A stretch of DNA of 64,000 nucleotides. It comes from Polyangiaceae bacterium (GTDB lineage: Bacteria; Myxococcota_A; Polyangia; Polyangiales; Polyangiaceae). Position 1 is the first letter of the stretch, and each line of letters starts with the position of its first letter. Positions 39,427 to 50,102 of the stretch are shown in pieces. The notes under the pieces were generated by a model. That model had not been told where the DNA came from. It searched no databases and saw only the letters and a list, made by a program, of their open reading frames with translations. The stretch is from contig JBILLK010000004.1 in assembly GCA_044376115.1 (NCBI GenBank), positions 32,001 to 96,000 on the forward strand, given 5' to 3'. The position numbers and the translations under genes are program-made.

Positions 39427-41376
39427 TCAAAGCAGCTCGGGCTGACTGAGGCGCGCGGCGTCTACGCCCTCGGGAATGGGGCTCTCGAGCGGGACGCTTT
39501 CGAGCGGCCGTTCAAGGAGCAGCGCGCGGTTGCGCGGCAACACGAGGCGGAAGGTTGTGCCTTTGCCCTCCTCGGACTCGACCGAGATCGAGCCTGCGTG
39601 CGCCTCGAGTAGATGCTTCACGATCGCGAGTCCGAGCCCCGTGCCGCCAAGCTCACGGGAGCGTCCGGCATCGACCCGATAGAAGCGCTCGAACAGCCGC
39701 GAGAGATGGACCTCGGCGATACCCGGGCCGCTGTCGGAGATGGTGATCACGAACTGCTCGTCCTCCACCGCGGTGGCGATCGTCACGGTCGACTTCCCCG
39801 AGGCGTACTTGACCTCGTTCTCAACCAAGTTGCTCAGGATCTGCTCGAGCGCACCGCGGTCCGCTTCCACCGTTTGCGCGTCACTCGCGAGCTTAACGAC
39901 GAAGCGGACCCCCCGACGGCGTGCCTGATCTTGGTGCGCTGCGAGCACCGTCTTGAGCAGCGAGTCGACCGAAACCTGCTCGATGTCGAGCCGCGCCTTA
40001 CCGCTATCCATGCGCGATAGATCGAGCAGGTCGTCGACCAAACGCTGCAACCTTTGTGCGTTGCGCTCGATGATCGCGACGAAGTCGTAGGCCATCTCGT
40101 CGCCCCAGTTGGACTGCTCGAGCGTCTCTGCGGTAGCGCGAATGACCGTGATCGGAGTACGCAGCTCGTGCGAGACGTTGGCTACGAAGTCACGCCGCAT
40201 GGTCTCGAACTTGCGCAGCTCGGTCACGTCGACGAACACCGCCAGCGTCGCTCCGGAAGAGGCTGCTACGGGGGCCGCGTGGATCGCGAGACGCCGCGGC
40301 ATCAGCCGGCCCACCGAGATCTCCCCCGTCACCTGACGTCGTTGCCGATGGGCGTGCTCGAGGATCTCCACCAGCGGCGGACTGTCGATTGCAAGCTCGG
40401 GCAGCTTGCCGACCACCGTGCGCGGTAGCAGCAGCGTTTGGCGAAAGGCCGGGTTGGCGAGAGCGATGCGACCGTCGCGATCGAGCACCAAGACGCCCTC
40501 ACGCATGCCGTCGAGCACCGAGCCGAAGAGATCGCGGTCGGAGGCGAGCTGCGACAAGGCCGACGAGAGGTTCTCCGCGACGCGCGCAAGCGCGACCCCA
40601 AGTTCACGCAGCTCGGGGATGGCGTTGGGAACGGGCGGAGCAGCGCCTGCAAACAGATCGCCGCGAGCCATGCGAGTGGCTGTATCGCGAAGATCTTTGA
40701 TGTCGGCGGAGATGCGACGAACCACGCCCTCGATGAACAAGGCCGAGAGCACCATCGCCACCAGCGCAGCCGCGATGGTCAGCCCGCGAAACCGCCCGAT
40801 GGTCGCGTCGGCCCGGTGCACTGGTGTTTCCACCCGCAAAAAGCTGACCTCCTTCGTGTTCAGCTTCACGACCGTCATCAGCGTGTTTTCCAGCACACGG
40901 GTAGCGCCGCTCACGTCGTTGTCATCGCGAGCCGCCGCCTTGGCGAACTCCTCCTCAGCGACGAGGGCCGAGCCAGGCTGTGCAGGCGTTTCTCCCGCCT
41001 CCGCCACGAGCTTGCCGCTAGCGTCGAGCAAGCTGAGCTTGGCGTTGCTGGCGCGAGCCATCGCCTCGAGCCGAGCTTGCGTAGGCCGATCGTCTGAGCT
41101 GGAGAAGGTCGCCACCAGCATGGCGACGCGACGGCTCTGCTCTTCGTTCGACTCGACCGCGAGAATGTGTTCGAGCGTGCGGGTAGCGATCTGGTTGCCC
41201 AAGCCGAAGATCACCACGACTGCTAGCAGCGCCAGCGCAAGCAACTGCCAGCGGACGCTGACGCCACCGCGTGGCGGGCGCATCGAAGGACGCGCGTCGG
41301 AATCGGGTGGCGGTGGCCACGAACCTTGCCGAAAAGGCCTCTCCACCATCACAGGGTCCAGGTTCTCCGGGGGCAT
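39427..41376 (-). CDS. phoR: PhoR-like sensor histidine kinase (2TM-HAMP-PAS-HisKA-HATPase)
   Basis: RRDFVANVSHELRTP H-box, LFERFYRVDAGRSRELGGTGLGLAIVKH, PAS segment (MREGVLVLD). Confidence 0.82.
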   Translation of the reverse strand: MPPENLDPVMVERPFRQGSWPPPPDSDARPSMRPPRGGVSVRWQLLALALLAVVVIFGLGNQIATRTLEHILAVESNEEQSRRVAMLVATFSSSDDRPTQARLEAMARASNAKLSLLDASGKLVAEAGETPAQPGSALVAEEEFAKAAARDDNDVSGATRVLENTLMTVVKLNTKEVSFLRVETPVHRADATIGRFRGLTIAAALVAMVLSALFIEGVVRRISADIKDLRDTATRMARGDLFAGAAPPVPNAIPELRELGVALARVAENLSSALSQLASDRDLFGSVLDGMREGVLVLDRDGRIALANPAFRQTLLLPRTVVGKLPELAIDSPPLVEILEHAHRQRRQVTGEISVGRLMPRRLAIHAAPVAASSGATLAVFVDVTELRKFETMRRDFVANVSHELRTPITVIRATAETLEQSNWGDEMAYDFVAIIERNAQRLQRLVDDLLDLSRMDSGKARLDIEQVSVDSLLKTVLAAHQDQARRRGVRFVVKLASDAQTVEADRGALEQILSNLVENEVKYASGKSTVTIATAVEDEQFVITISDSGPGIAEVHLSRLFERFYRVDAGRSRELGGTGLGLAIVKHLLEAHAGSISVESEEGKGTTFRLVLPRNRALLLERPLESVPLESPIPEGVDAARLSQPELL

Positions 41377-41410
41377 GTCGCCTCGCTCGAACGCCCTGCC
41401 CTAACCGCGC

Positions 41411-42109
41411 TCAGGCTTCGCCAGTCGGGCTGTCAGTGAAGCGGTAGCCTACTCCACGAACGGTTTCAACGTAGTTGCCGGCCTCCCCGAGCTTCTCGCG
41501 TAGCCGCTTGATATGCGTGTCCACCGTGCGGGTGGTGATATCGGATTGAATGCCCCATACGTCGTCGAGCAGCCGCGCCCGGGTTTGCACGCGGTTCTTG
41601 CGCTCATGCAACGTCGTCAGCAGTCGGAACTCCAGCGCCGTCAGCTCCACTTCGGCGTTGTCGACGAACACGCGATGAGCGCCGCGGTCGATGCGCAGCC
41701 GACCGAACTCGACGGACTCCTTCTCTTGAGGCGACTCACGATTCGCGCGACGGAGCACTGCGTCCACCCGCAACAGCAGCTCACGAGTGCTGAAGGGCTT
41801 GACCACGTAGTCATCGGCCCCGATCTCGAAGCCGACGACCCGATCGATCTCTTCACCTTTGGCCGTCACCATGATGATGGCGGTGTTCTTGAGATCGCCA
41901 CTGCGGCGCACGGCGCGACACACGTCGGTGCCGGAGATATCGGGCAGCATGAGGTCGAGCAGGATCACGTCGGGTCGCTCGCGGGTGGCGGCGATCAGCG
42001 CCTCTGCGCCGGTCGCGACGGCCACCACCTCGTGGCCAGCCTGCTTCATGTTCCAAGCGAGCACCTTCGAGAGGTCGCGCTCGTCCTCAACGATCAGTAC
42101 TTTGGCCAT
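41411..42109 (-). CDS. phoB: PhoB/OmpR-family response regulator
   Basis: LIVEDE, LLDLMLPD, GADDYVVKPF, LTALEFRLL, TRTVDTHIKRLREKL, ETVRGVGY; upstream of the PhoR-like kinase. Confidence 0.82.
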   Translation of the reverse strand: MAKVLIVEDERDLSKVLAWNMKQAGHEVVAVATGAEALIAATRERPDVILLDLMLPDISGTDVCRAVRRSGDLKNTAIIMVTAKGEEIDRVVGFEIGADDYVVKPFSTRELLLRVDAVLRRANRESPQEKESVEFGRLRIDRGAHRVFVDNAEVELTALEFRLLTTLHERKNRVQTRARLLDDVWGIQSDITTRTVDTHIKRLREKLGEAGNYVETVRGVGYRFTDSPTGEA

Positions 42110-42131
42110 GCGCGCTTCATAACCGATCAGC

Positions 42132-42149
42132 GTGACGGACAGGTGACAT
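42132..42149 (-). promoter_or_regulatory. Pho-box-like direct repeat
   Basis: Minus strand ATGTCAC-CTGT-CCGTCAC: two GTCAC half-sites 11 bp apart, 22 bp upstream of the response regulator ATG. Confidence 0.6.
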
Positions 42150-42204
42150 CTGCACCGCATTCCACGCTTTGCATAGCGAGCGCGTGCGGCTGCCCAACCA
42201 GCGA

Positions 42205-43098
42205 TCAGCGAGCGGTGGGGAAAAGGCTCAGCGACGCTTGCTGCGCGGTCACCTCGAGCTTGCAGGGAGCGCCGAGGACCATCGGTGTGTTGATGGTGTC
42301 ATGGCCCGCGGCCATCCCGCTCGCCACCGGCACACCCAGCTCGCCGAGTCTCTCACGTAGAACCTGCTCCACCGTGATGCCGTCCGGTCCAGGCCGACAA
42401 TCCGTGAAGTCTCCGAGAACGACGCCGCCCACCGAGCTGAGCTGCCCCCCGACGATCAGCGCGGTGAGCATTCGATCGATGCGATAAGGCCGCTCCCCAA
42501 CGTCCTCGAGGAAAAGGATGCCGTGCTTTGGTGGGACCAATCTTCCTGCAGCAGCCGCATCGTGGAGGATCGCCAGGTTGCCTCCCCAAAGTCGGCCGCT
42601 CGCCGTGCCAACGGCGAGAGCGCGCAGCGAGTATTCGCGGAAGGCGGTGGGCGCGCGCAGCGTTGCGAGCAGCTCGCGTTCAGCGCGAACGTCACAGCGC
42701 CCAAGCGAAGCGACGTGAGGTCCGTGAAGCGAGCCGACACAGACGCGGGTCGACTCGAGATGCAAAGCGGTGATGTCGGAGAAGCCCACCACCCACTTGG
42801 GCTGGCTGCGCAGCTGCTCGAAGTTGACGCGACCGATGAAGCGCGAGGCCCCGACCCCCCCGCGCATGGCGAACACCGCCTTCACCTCGGGATCAGCGAG
42901 CGCCGCGCTCAACTCCGCTTCACGCCGTGAATCCGAGCCAGCGAGGTAGCCCCGCCTTTCGAATGCATCCCTTCGAAAACGCACTCGGAAGTGGGACCGC
43001 AAGAACGAGAGGCCCTTGAATCCGCGAACAGCATCGACCGGACTCGAGGGCGCCACGACCGAAACCAGGTCTCCATCCGCGAGGGGCGCTGGAAACAA
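42205..43098 (-). CDS. LD-carboxypeptidase (peptidase S66)
   Basis: VVAPSS, YLAGSD..R, RGGVGA, GFSDITAL (catalytic Ser), GGNL, FLEDVGE.PYRIDRML, AGH. Confidence 0.92.
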   Translation of the reverse strand: MFPAPLADGDLVSVVAPSSPVDAVRGFKGLSFLRSHFRVRFRRDAFERRGYLAGSDSRREAELSAALADPEVKAVFAMRGGVGASRFIGRVNFEQLRSQPKWVVGFSDITALHLESTRVCVGSLHGPHVASLGRCDVRAERELLATLRAPTAFREYSLRALAVGTASGRLWGGNLAILHDAAAAGRLVPPKHGILFLEDVGERPYRIDRMLTALIVGGQLSSVGGVVLGDFTDCRPGPDGITVEQVLRERLGELGVPVASGMAAGHDTINTPMVLGAPCKLEVTAQQASLSLFPTAR

Positions 43099-43112
43099 CC
43101 AGTCCGGCGAGT

Positions 43113-46100
43113 TCAGGTATCGTCCTCGAGCAATTCGGCGTCGTCGAGATCCTGGACGTCGTTGGGTGCGGGTGGCCGCGAACCGAAAGGCGGAGCGGGC
43201 GGTTTGGACGACGCTTGCGAGAGCGGTGGAGGCACCCGCTGCGACGCTGCCGGAGGCATGCCGGGGAAGTTCCCGCTGTCTTCGGACGTGCGATGCATCA
43301 GCGGCAGCGCGGGCGGACCTGCTGCGGGCGCACTGCCCGTTTGCTCGGCCGCGCCATAACCTTGCTGAGCCCCATACCCCGCGTAAGCCGGGTCCGCATA
43401 GCCCTGCTGGGGATAGGCTTGTTGCGGGTAAGCTGGAGGTTGCGCGCTGTAGCCCTGGGGGAATGCGGGCGGCTGCGCAAAGCCCTGGGGATAAGCCGGA
43501 GCTTGAGCCTGCTGCGGGTAGGCTGGCGGAGAACCCGTGGCCGGGGCGGAACTCGGCTGCGCATAGCCTTGCTGAGGGTAGCCCTGCTGCGGGTAGCCCT
43601 GCTGGCCGTAGCCCTGCGGGTAGCCTTGCTGCGGGTAGCCCTGCTGCGGGTAGCCCTGCTGACCGTAGCCCTGCGGGTAGCCTTGCTGCGGGTAGCCTTG
43701 CTGACCGTAGCCCTGCGGGTAGCCTTGCTGCGGGTAGCTCTGCTGGCCGTGGCCCGCCGGGTAGCCCTGTTGATGACCCTCGGCACCGTGCTGGGCGTAA
43801 CCCTGCTGGCCGGAGTCGGCGCCGCCTTGGCCGTAGCCCTGAGCGCCTTGCTGCGGGTAGCCCTGTTGGCCGTAGCCTTCGGCGCCCTGTTGGCCGTAGC
43901 CCTGCTGGGTGTAGCCCTGAGCACCCTGCTGCGGGTGCCCCTGCTGGCCGTAGCCTTCAGCGCCCTGCTGGCCATAGCCCTGTTGATGACCCTCGGCACC
44001 GTGCTGGCCGTAACCTTGCTGACCGTAGCCTTGCTGACCGTAGGCCTCGGAGCCCGCCTGGCCGTGGGCCGGCTGACCATACGCCTCGGCGCCCTGCTGC
44101 GCGTGGCCGTAGCCCTGCGCTTGTGCATCGGCGTCACCCGTTTGGCCCGCGTACTCCAAACTAACGTTGGCCCGCTGCTGTTCGGCCCATTCGCGCGCTG
44201 CACGCGCCGTTAGTTCGGGCGATGAAGGATCCGCGGTGGGAACGACGGGACCTGCTGCGGGGCTGAGATCCGGCTCCAAATCCGCGAGCAACTCGGCGGC
44301 GTCATCCGAATCGGCGGTCTCTTCGGAGATTCCTTTGAACACGCCGACCGGCTCAGGTTCGTGAGCGATCGCCTCGAGCACGGCGAGCGACGAGGCGACA
44401 GCGCCCGCGGTCTCGAGGCCGGAGGCTGTCGATGGCCCGCTCGGTGCGTCACCGAATTCGGCAGCGTCGAGGTTGGTGTCCATCGGCCGGCGAGCAACCG
44501 AGGTAGCACCCGAATCGGCGGGAGCCGGAATTGGCGTCGGCGGGTCTTGCTCGATCTCTTCGACGGCAGCCAGCGCGACGACTGGCTCTACGCGTGGGGG
44601 AGCGGCCGGCGGTGCAGGCGGACGCTGCGAGCGCGGCGGTTCCTGGAACACTGGTGATTGCGGCCGTTCGCGACGTTCTTTAGCGACGAAGTTGAGCTTC
44701 CCCGACTTTGCTCGCTCGAGCCCCGCGGTTGCGTCCGGATCATTCGCCTTCATACGCAAGACGCGACGCCAGGCGTCGGCGGCTTCACGCGCATCGCCGA
44801 GTTCTTCCTCCCACAGCTTGGCCACTCGACGAGCGAGCTCGGCGCGCTGCCCCGGATCTCGACCACGCAGGATTTGGTCTTCGTACACTTGGATCATGCC
44901 ACGGTGGTCACCAAGACCCTCGAGCAGACTCGAGAGTTCGTTCATGACCTCCTGATCCGAAGGCGAAAGATCGTGCAGCTTCTTGAGGTCCTGCGCAGCC
45001 CCGACCGAATCGCGCAGCTGATCGCGGCGGAGCCGAGCCCGACGCCCGAGCAGCTTGCGCACGAGCGGCCCATCGAAGACCTCGTCGAGCGCGCGACCGA
45101 GCGTGGCCTCGACCCGGGACACGTCACCAACGGCTTGCCCGAGTTCATCGAGCGCGGCCAACGTAGCGTCGTCCACGTGCGTGACGAGCGCGTCTCCAAC
45201 CCAGCGGAACGCAAGGTCGGTGTCGGCTAGATCGGCCTGAGCGATTGAGGCGGCGCGGCGCAGCAGCGCGGCGCGCGTGCGCCCGCCGTCACGCGAGCCC
45301 TGACCGCCAGCTGCCAATGCCTCGGCGAGGATCCGCCGCAACGACTGGGGCCCACGAACCGGCCCATCGGCTCCGGTTGCTCGGCCTTTGGCCTCATCAC
45401 CCTCACGGGCCGAGTCTTGTAGCTTTTGCAGTGCTTCGTCTTGAGCGCCGGCTCCGAGCGCCAGTTCAAAGAAGCTACGCGCGCGATCGTAGGCGCCTCG
45501 TTCTGCAGCCACTTGAGCGGCACGAGCGAGCGCCACCAAGCGGTCCCCCGGGGTTTTGCAGCGGCTGACCTGCCGTTCGTAGAGGTCCACCACGTGCCCC
45601 GGCGCGCTGGTGAGCGCCGCCAGCCGCGCCACGAAGGGCTCGGCCTCGTGCTGCGGCACCGACGCCAACGCGGCTTCGCCGTGTTGCATGGCATCGAGCG
45701 AATCCGCACCGGCTTGCAGCATCACCTCGGCCTGGCGTACGAGTTCCTCGGCGCGCACCAAGCCCGACCGCTCGCGCAGCATGAGCTCGTGAGCGACGCC
45801 CAGTGCGTCCAGATCTTTGGAGCGGATCGCCAGCGCCTCGAGCTTCTCCCCGAGGGCCGGATCGACGGACTTTCCGCGGGCGAGCTCCTGTGCGACCCGG
45901 GCAGCGTCCTTGTCCCGACCTACCTCAGCAAAGCGAGCGAAGGCACCGTTCAGCGCCTCATTACGCTTCGCCGGTGCGGCGCCCTCGGTCCATGCCAACA
46001 GCTTGCTCGCAACGACTCCCTTCCAACCGAGCTTGTCGCCAAGTTCGATGTAGGCGTTGCGACACGGCTCGTCACCAGCGTCGGCTGGCTTTTCCAACAC

Positions 46101-49100
46101 CCCGAGCGCCTCATCGCCACGCGACAGACGATCGGCGAACACGTCGGCTTGCCGACGCGTCATCACGCTCACTTCGTTGTCATCGCCCTCGAACTCGATC
46201 AGCACCGCGAGCAGCTTGGCAACCCGCTCCCACTGCTCGGTCTTCTCGGCGAGGCGCAGCAGGCGCTCTGTCGCGTCGAGATCCGCTGGGTCCGCAGCCA
46301 GCACGACATCGAGAGCCCGAATCGCGGCCTCGGCGTTATCGAGCGGACCTTCGTAGAGTTGCGCCAAACGTTGCGCAAGCTCGACCTGCTCGTCGCCCTC
46401 GGTGAGCACGAGCTCACGCTCGAGGGCACCAGCCGCGACGGCTTCATCGCCCTGCTTCTCAGCCAAATCGGCGATGGCGTGGAGCGCGATGCGCGACTTC
46501 GGATCGAGATCTCGGGCGATCGCTTCGTAGCGCTCGATCGCGAGCTTGGGCTCGTCGAGCGGGTCCGAGAGCAACGATGCCTCTCGCAACGCCAACTCCA
46601 ACTTGCGCGCTGGATCGGCCGTGACAGCGACCAAGCGATGCAGCAGGTCCACTTGGTCCCGCGTATCCCCGCGCGAACGAGCATCCTCAACCAACCAGCT
46701 GAGCGCCTCCTCGTTCTCACCGTCGTTCAGAACAAGCAGCAGGAGCTCCCGCGCAGCGTCCACATCGCCGAGTTCTTTCCACAGCGCAACGGCGCGGAAC
46801 CGCGACTTGGTGCGTTGAGCGGCGACGCTCGCTTTGCCCGCACGCTCCGCCAGGAAGGTCGCCAGATCTGCGAGCCGATCCGCAGCGCGGAACAGCTCTT
46901 CTGCGCGAGCCGCCAGGCTCTCGTCCTCGGGAAGGATTTTGCAGGCCTCGGTGATCTTTTCAACCGCGCCGCCCGGATCCCCGCTGCGCTCAAAGTAGCC
47001 AGCCGCGCGAGACAAAAGCTCAACGAGCGTCTTGTCTTCCTTGCTCGACTTCGCCTGTTGCGCGGTCGCATTGGCAGCCTCGACGAAACGTTCGCTCGCA
47101 ACGTAGGCACGCTCTGCGCGCTCCCACAGCTCGCGCGTGCGCTTGTCAGCGCCTTCATCTTTTGCTTCAGCGCCGATCTCGGCCGCCTCGGCAAACGCGT
47201 CGGCGGCTAGCCCCTGGTCGCCCATCTTTTGGCGTAGCTCACCGAGCTTGCCCAGGAGCGAACTGCGCGTCTCGGCGGCCTCGATCCCGGAGACGTTCTC
47301 TGCGATCACGTCGGCTGCGTCGGAGAGCCGCTCCGCTTTCTCGAAGAACTTTACGGCGGTCTGAATCGCCGACTCGTCGCCGGTGGAGAGCGCTGCGATG
47401 CGGGCCCACGCTTCGGCAGCGCCGCCCGGGTCCTTGCGCTTTTGCTCCTGCAAGGTAGCGAGCTTCTTCTCGAGGGCGATCTTGCCGTCGACGTCGGGTG
47501 CGCCCATCGCCTCTTGCTCGAGCACGGTGGCGAGTTCATCCCAACGCTGGGACTTCTCGAGCAGACGCCGGAGTTGGTCCCGAGCCGGTTCATCGCCGCG
47601 ATCGAGCTGTACGATCTGCTTGGCTGCCTGCGTCGCTGTGTCGATATCGCGCAGCTGCGATTCACAGATACCCGCAACGTCGCGCAGTTGCGCTTTGCGC
47701 GTCTCGAGAGGCTGGCTGGTCACGCGGGATGCGGCCAGGAGCACGTCTCGCAAATCGGTGTACATGCGCTTTTGGCGCAAATGTTCGTCCACCCACGTGA
47801 GCGCCTCGGCGTTTGCCGGTTCGAGCTTGAGGGCCTCACGGAACTTGGCGAGCGCGGTGGGCTTGCGACCCTTCTGCGCCTCTGCCTGGGCTTGGTCGAT
47901 CAAGGCGCGCACCTCATCTGGGTGCACCTCACGCGGACGGCGCTCTTCACTCTCTGGCTCGATCTCCTCGAGATCGGCCGGGTCCTCCCGACGACTGGGC
48001 TCATTCGGCTGGACCGGCGACGGCGCAACCTGCTGCGCCACGACGGGCGCAGGGCGTTGCCCGGTTGGCTCCCGAGCAGGCGCCACCGCAGCAACCGGCG
48101 CAGGAGCGGGCGGCCGTGCGGCTTGCACGACGGCACGCGCCTTCTCGGCCATGTAGCCGTTCGGGTTGGCGGCTAGATAGTCAGCGAACGGCCGCTCGAG
48201 TTCATTGCTGCGACCGAGTTGCGCGGCGTAGTGATCGGCAAGCTGCATCGCGCGGTCATCTCCGGGGACGCAGCGCAGCCCGCTCACCGCATAGGCCATG
48301 CCGTACTCACCGTCATACGACTCGGCCATCGATACGAAAATCGCCCGCGCTTCTTCACGCTCGATGCCGGGTACGGCCTCTGACAAATCGATGCGAGCGA
48401 TCACCGAAGTCGCAAACTCTTGCGCCAACGCGACGTCATCCGGGCGGATGGTGCGTGCGTGACGGAGGGCCTCGCTCGCTCCGGGCCCGTCTCCAATGCG
48501 CAGCCGAACCGCAGACTCGTCGCGATACAACGCGAGCCTTCGCTCGACGTCGTCCACGAGCGCATGCTCCATGGCGAACAGCGGCACCGCCTCGGCAAAC
48601 TGCTCGGCCTCCTTCAGGAGTTCGCGGGCCTGGTAGATGGCAAATATGTTGGAGGGGTCATAGTCGACGACCCGCCGCCAATTTTCCGCAGCGCGGTCTT
48701 TGCGCGATAGCGGCGCCTCGCCCCAAAGTTTGCCTAGCTCCTCGTGCAGCGAGACCAGGCGCCCGCGCAGCTCGGGCTGTTGGGCTGCAAGCGGCGAGAG
48801 CAGCTTCACCAACTTCTCGAGTAGCGCAACCAGCGGCTTGGTTTCATTCCGCTCGCGATAAAGCGAGGCCAGGCGATCCGAGGCCGCGGTGGCGGTCGGG
48901 TCCCGCTCGATCGCCGCCATGAAGGTCCGCGCGGCGTGATGGGCGTCACCCACGGTGATCGCCCAAACGTTGGCGCTCTCGCTTAGCCAGTGCGCTGCGT
49001 AAGCAGGGTCTGCTGTCTTGGTCCCTACTTTCTCCAACAGCAGCGCGTAAGCTTGAGGGTCTTCCGCTCCGGCTCGGTGCGCGAAGGCCAACGCCTCCTC

Positions 49101-49157
49101 GTCGTGGGGGCTCTGCACAAGGCGCTGCACGAGCGCCTCCATCTCCCGGGGATCCAT
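43113..49157 (-). CDS. Giant TPR-repeat protein with C-terminal Q/G/Y/P low-complexity region
   Basis: 2014 aa, about 1500 aa of helical TPR-like repeats (e.g. [40 protein letters not shown]), then an acidic/Pro linker and (P/G)QQGY repeats. Confidence 0.85.
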   Translation of the reverse strand: MDPREMEALVQRLVQSPHDEEALAFAHRAGAEDPQAYALLLEKVGTKTADPAYAAHWLSESANVWAITVGDAHHAARTFMAAIERDPTATAASDRLASLYRERNETKPLVALLEKLVKLLSPLAAQQPELRGRLVSLHEELGKLWGEAPLSRKDRAAENWRRVVDYDPSNIFAIYQARELLKEAEQFAEAVPLFAMEHALVDDVERRLALYRDESAVRLRIGDGPGASEALRHARTIRPDDVALAQEFATSVIARIDLSEAVPGIEREEARAIFVSMAESYDGEYGMAYAVSGLRCVPGDDRAMQLADHYAAQLGRSNELERPFADYLAANPNGYMAEKARAVVQAARPPAPAPVAAVAPAREPTGQRPAPVVAQQVAPSPVQPNEPSRREDPADLEEIEPESEERRPREVHPDEVRALIDQAQAEAQKGRKPTALAKFREALKLEPANAEALTWVDEHLRQKRMYTDLRDVLLAASRVTSQPLETRKAQLRDVAGICESQLRDIDTATQAAKQIVQLDRGDEPARDQLRRLLEKSQRWDELATVLEQEAMGAPDVDGKIALEKKLATLQEQKRKDPGGAAEAWARIAALSTGDESAIQTAVKFFEKAERLSDAADVIAENVSGIEAAETRSSLLGKLGELRQKMGDQGLAADAFAEAAEIGAEAKDEGADKRTRELWERAERAYVASERFVEAANATAQQAKSSKEDKTLVELLSRAAGYFERSGDPGGAVEKITEACKILPEDESLAARAEELFRAADRLADLATFLAERAGKASVAAQRTKSRFRAVALWKELGDVDAARELLLLVLNDGENEEALSWLVEDARSRGDTRDQVDLLHRLVAVTADPARKLELALREASLLSDPLDEPKLAIERYEAIARDLDPKSRIALHAIADLAEKQGDEAVAAGALERELVLTEGDEQVELAQRLAQLYEGPLDNAEAAIRALDVVLAADPADLDATERLLRLAEKTEQWERVAKLLAVLIEFEGDDNEVSVMTRRQADVFADRLSRGDEALGVLEKPADAGDEPCRNAYIELGDKLGWKGVVASKLLAWTEGAAPAKRNEALNGAFARFAEVGRDKDAARVAQELARGKSVDPALGEKLEALAIRSKDLDALGVAHELMLRERSGLVRAEELVRQAEVMLQAGADSLDAMQHGEAALASVPQHEAEPFVARLAALTSAPGHVVDLYERQVSRCKTPGDRLVALARAAQVAAERGAYDRARSFFELALGAGAQDEALQKLQDSAREGDEAKGRATGADGPVRGPQSLRRILAEALAAGGQGSRDGGRTRAALLRRAASIAQADLADTDLAFRWVGDALVTHVDDATLAALDELGQAVGDVSRVEATLGRALDEVFDGPLVRKLLGRRARLRRDQLRDSVGAAQDLKKLHDLSPSDQEVMNELSSLLEGLGDHRGMIQVYEDQILRGRDPGQRAELARRVAKLWEEELGDAREAADAWRRVLRMKANDPDATAGLERAKSGKLNFVAKERRERPQSPVFQEPPRSQRPPAPPAAPPRVEPVVALAAVEEIEQDPPTPIPAPADSGATSVARRPMDTNLDAAEFGDAPSGPSTASGLETAGAVASSLAVLEAIAHEPEPVGVFKGISEETADSDDAAELLADLEPDLSPAAGPVVPTADPSSPELTARAAREWAEQQRANVSLEYAGQTGDADAQAQGYGHAQQGAEAYGQPAHGQAGSEAYGQQGYGQQGYGQHGAEGHQQGYGQQGAEGYGQQGHPQQGAQGYTQQGYGQQGAEGYGQQGYPQQGAQGYGQGGADSGQQGYAQHGAEGHQQGYPAGHGQQSYPQQGYPQGYGQQGYPQQGYPQGYGQQGYPQQGYPQQGYPQGYGQQGYPQQGYPQQGYAQPSSAPATGSPPAYPQQAQAPAYPQGFAQPPAFPQGYSAQPPAYPQQAYPQQGYADPAYAGYGAQQGYGAAEQTGSAPAAGPPALPLMHRTSEDSGNFPGMPPAASQRVPPPLSQASSKPPAPPFGSRPPAPNDVQDLDDAELLEDDT
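43350..44120 (-). repeat. Coding tandem repeats of 12-15 bp units encoding [14 protein letters not shown]
   Basis: Plus strand shows many GTAGCCCTGCTGCGG, GTAGCCTTGCTGACC and GTAGCCCTGCGG units. Boundaries approximate. Confidence 0.85.
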
Positions 49158-49211
49158 GGGTGGCGGAACGTTACAATGCCCGCACTGCCCCGTACACCGG
49201 TTTCGCCTGAC

Positions 49212-50102
49212 CTACTTCACGGCTGACAAACCACAGACCTCCGACAAGGCTTCAGCGGCTCGAAGCCACCCCGCAGCCTCAGCAGACGAAAGGGCGAGGA
49301 TCAGCTGCATGAGCGCTGGGGGAGCGCTGGCGCCGGCGCCGGTCTCCGCCAGGATCCGTTCAAAGGCGAACCAATCGGAGCTCGCTTCGGGTGGTTGCCC
49401 GGCCTTTACGAGCGCGCTTTCGTAGCGCGGGCGAAAGCCTAGTCGCCGGGCTCGGCTGCCAGGTTCAAATGCGCAGCCCCAATCCAGGACGTGGGTCGCG
49501 CCGTCTGCAGCAAGCAGCAAATGCTCGGGAGCAAGGTCTCCGTGAACCACCCCGACGCGGTGGGCGAGCAACAATGTCTTGCTCCACGAAAGCAGCGCGG
49601 ACTCAGGAACCGCGCGCCCAATCGGCATGCCATCCGAAAGCGACATCACGAGCGCGATATGCGCCGGCAGCTGCCCGCCCTGCGAGCGCTCGACTGCGAG
49701 CAGGCGCGGCACACCAGGTACCTGGGCGAGCCGCTCGAGCACACGCGCCTCGTTCTCGAGCCGCTCGACGACCAGGGCCGTCGACTCCGGAAGCTCTTGC
49801 ACTGGCTCGAGGCGCACGACCTTGACGGCGCAACGAACCGAGTCACCCGCAATGCCCTCGAATACAGCCGACTGAGCGCCCCGACCGATCAGCCGCAGCA
49901 AACCGAAGTCACCGACCTGCGCGCCCAAGAACGGTTCTCCGAAGGAGGCCTCCAAGCTGGAGGCTGACACCACGAAGGCCCCGTCGCTGCTGCAGCGTTG
50001 GCCAGCAACCCAATCTGGGAAGGGATTGAAACAGCGCGGACAAACTCCGGGCTCGACCGACAACGTCAGAGGAAGGTTCCGCTCATCGGCAGAGGCTTCC
50101 AC
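49212..50102 (-). CDS. Degenerate Ser/Thr kinase-like protein (probable pseudokinase)
   Basis: N-terminal CPRC..C..DG, GRGAQSAV, CAVK, HGDLAPEH (instead of HRDLKPxN), DWG, no APE, truncated C-lobe. Confidence 0.7.
   Translation of the reverse strand: MEASADERNLPLTLSVEPGVCPRCFNPFPDWVAGQRCSSDGAFVVSASSLEASFGEPFLGAQVGDFGLLRLIGRGAQSAVFEGIAGDSVRCAVKVVRLEPVQELPESTALVVERLENEARVLERLAQVPGVPRLLAVERSQGGQLPAHIALVMSLSDGMPIGRAVPESALLSWSKTLLLAHRVGVVHGDLAPEHLLLAADGATHVLDWGCAFEPGSRARRLGFRPRYESALVKAGQPPEASSDWFAFERILAETGAGASAPPALMQLILALSSAEAAGWLRAAEALSEVCGLSAVK

Noticed and set aside
43016..44213. Repetitive ORFs in other frames (RVALL, AAGSP and ATRS repeats)
   Set aside because: These are alternative-frame readings of the QQGY tandem repeat within the TPR gene.
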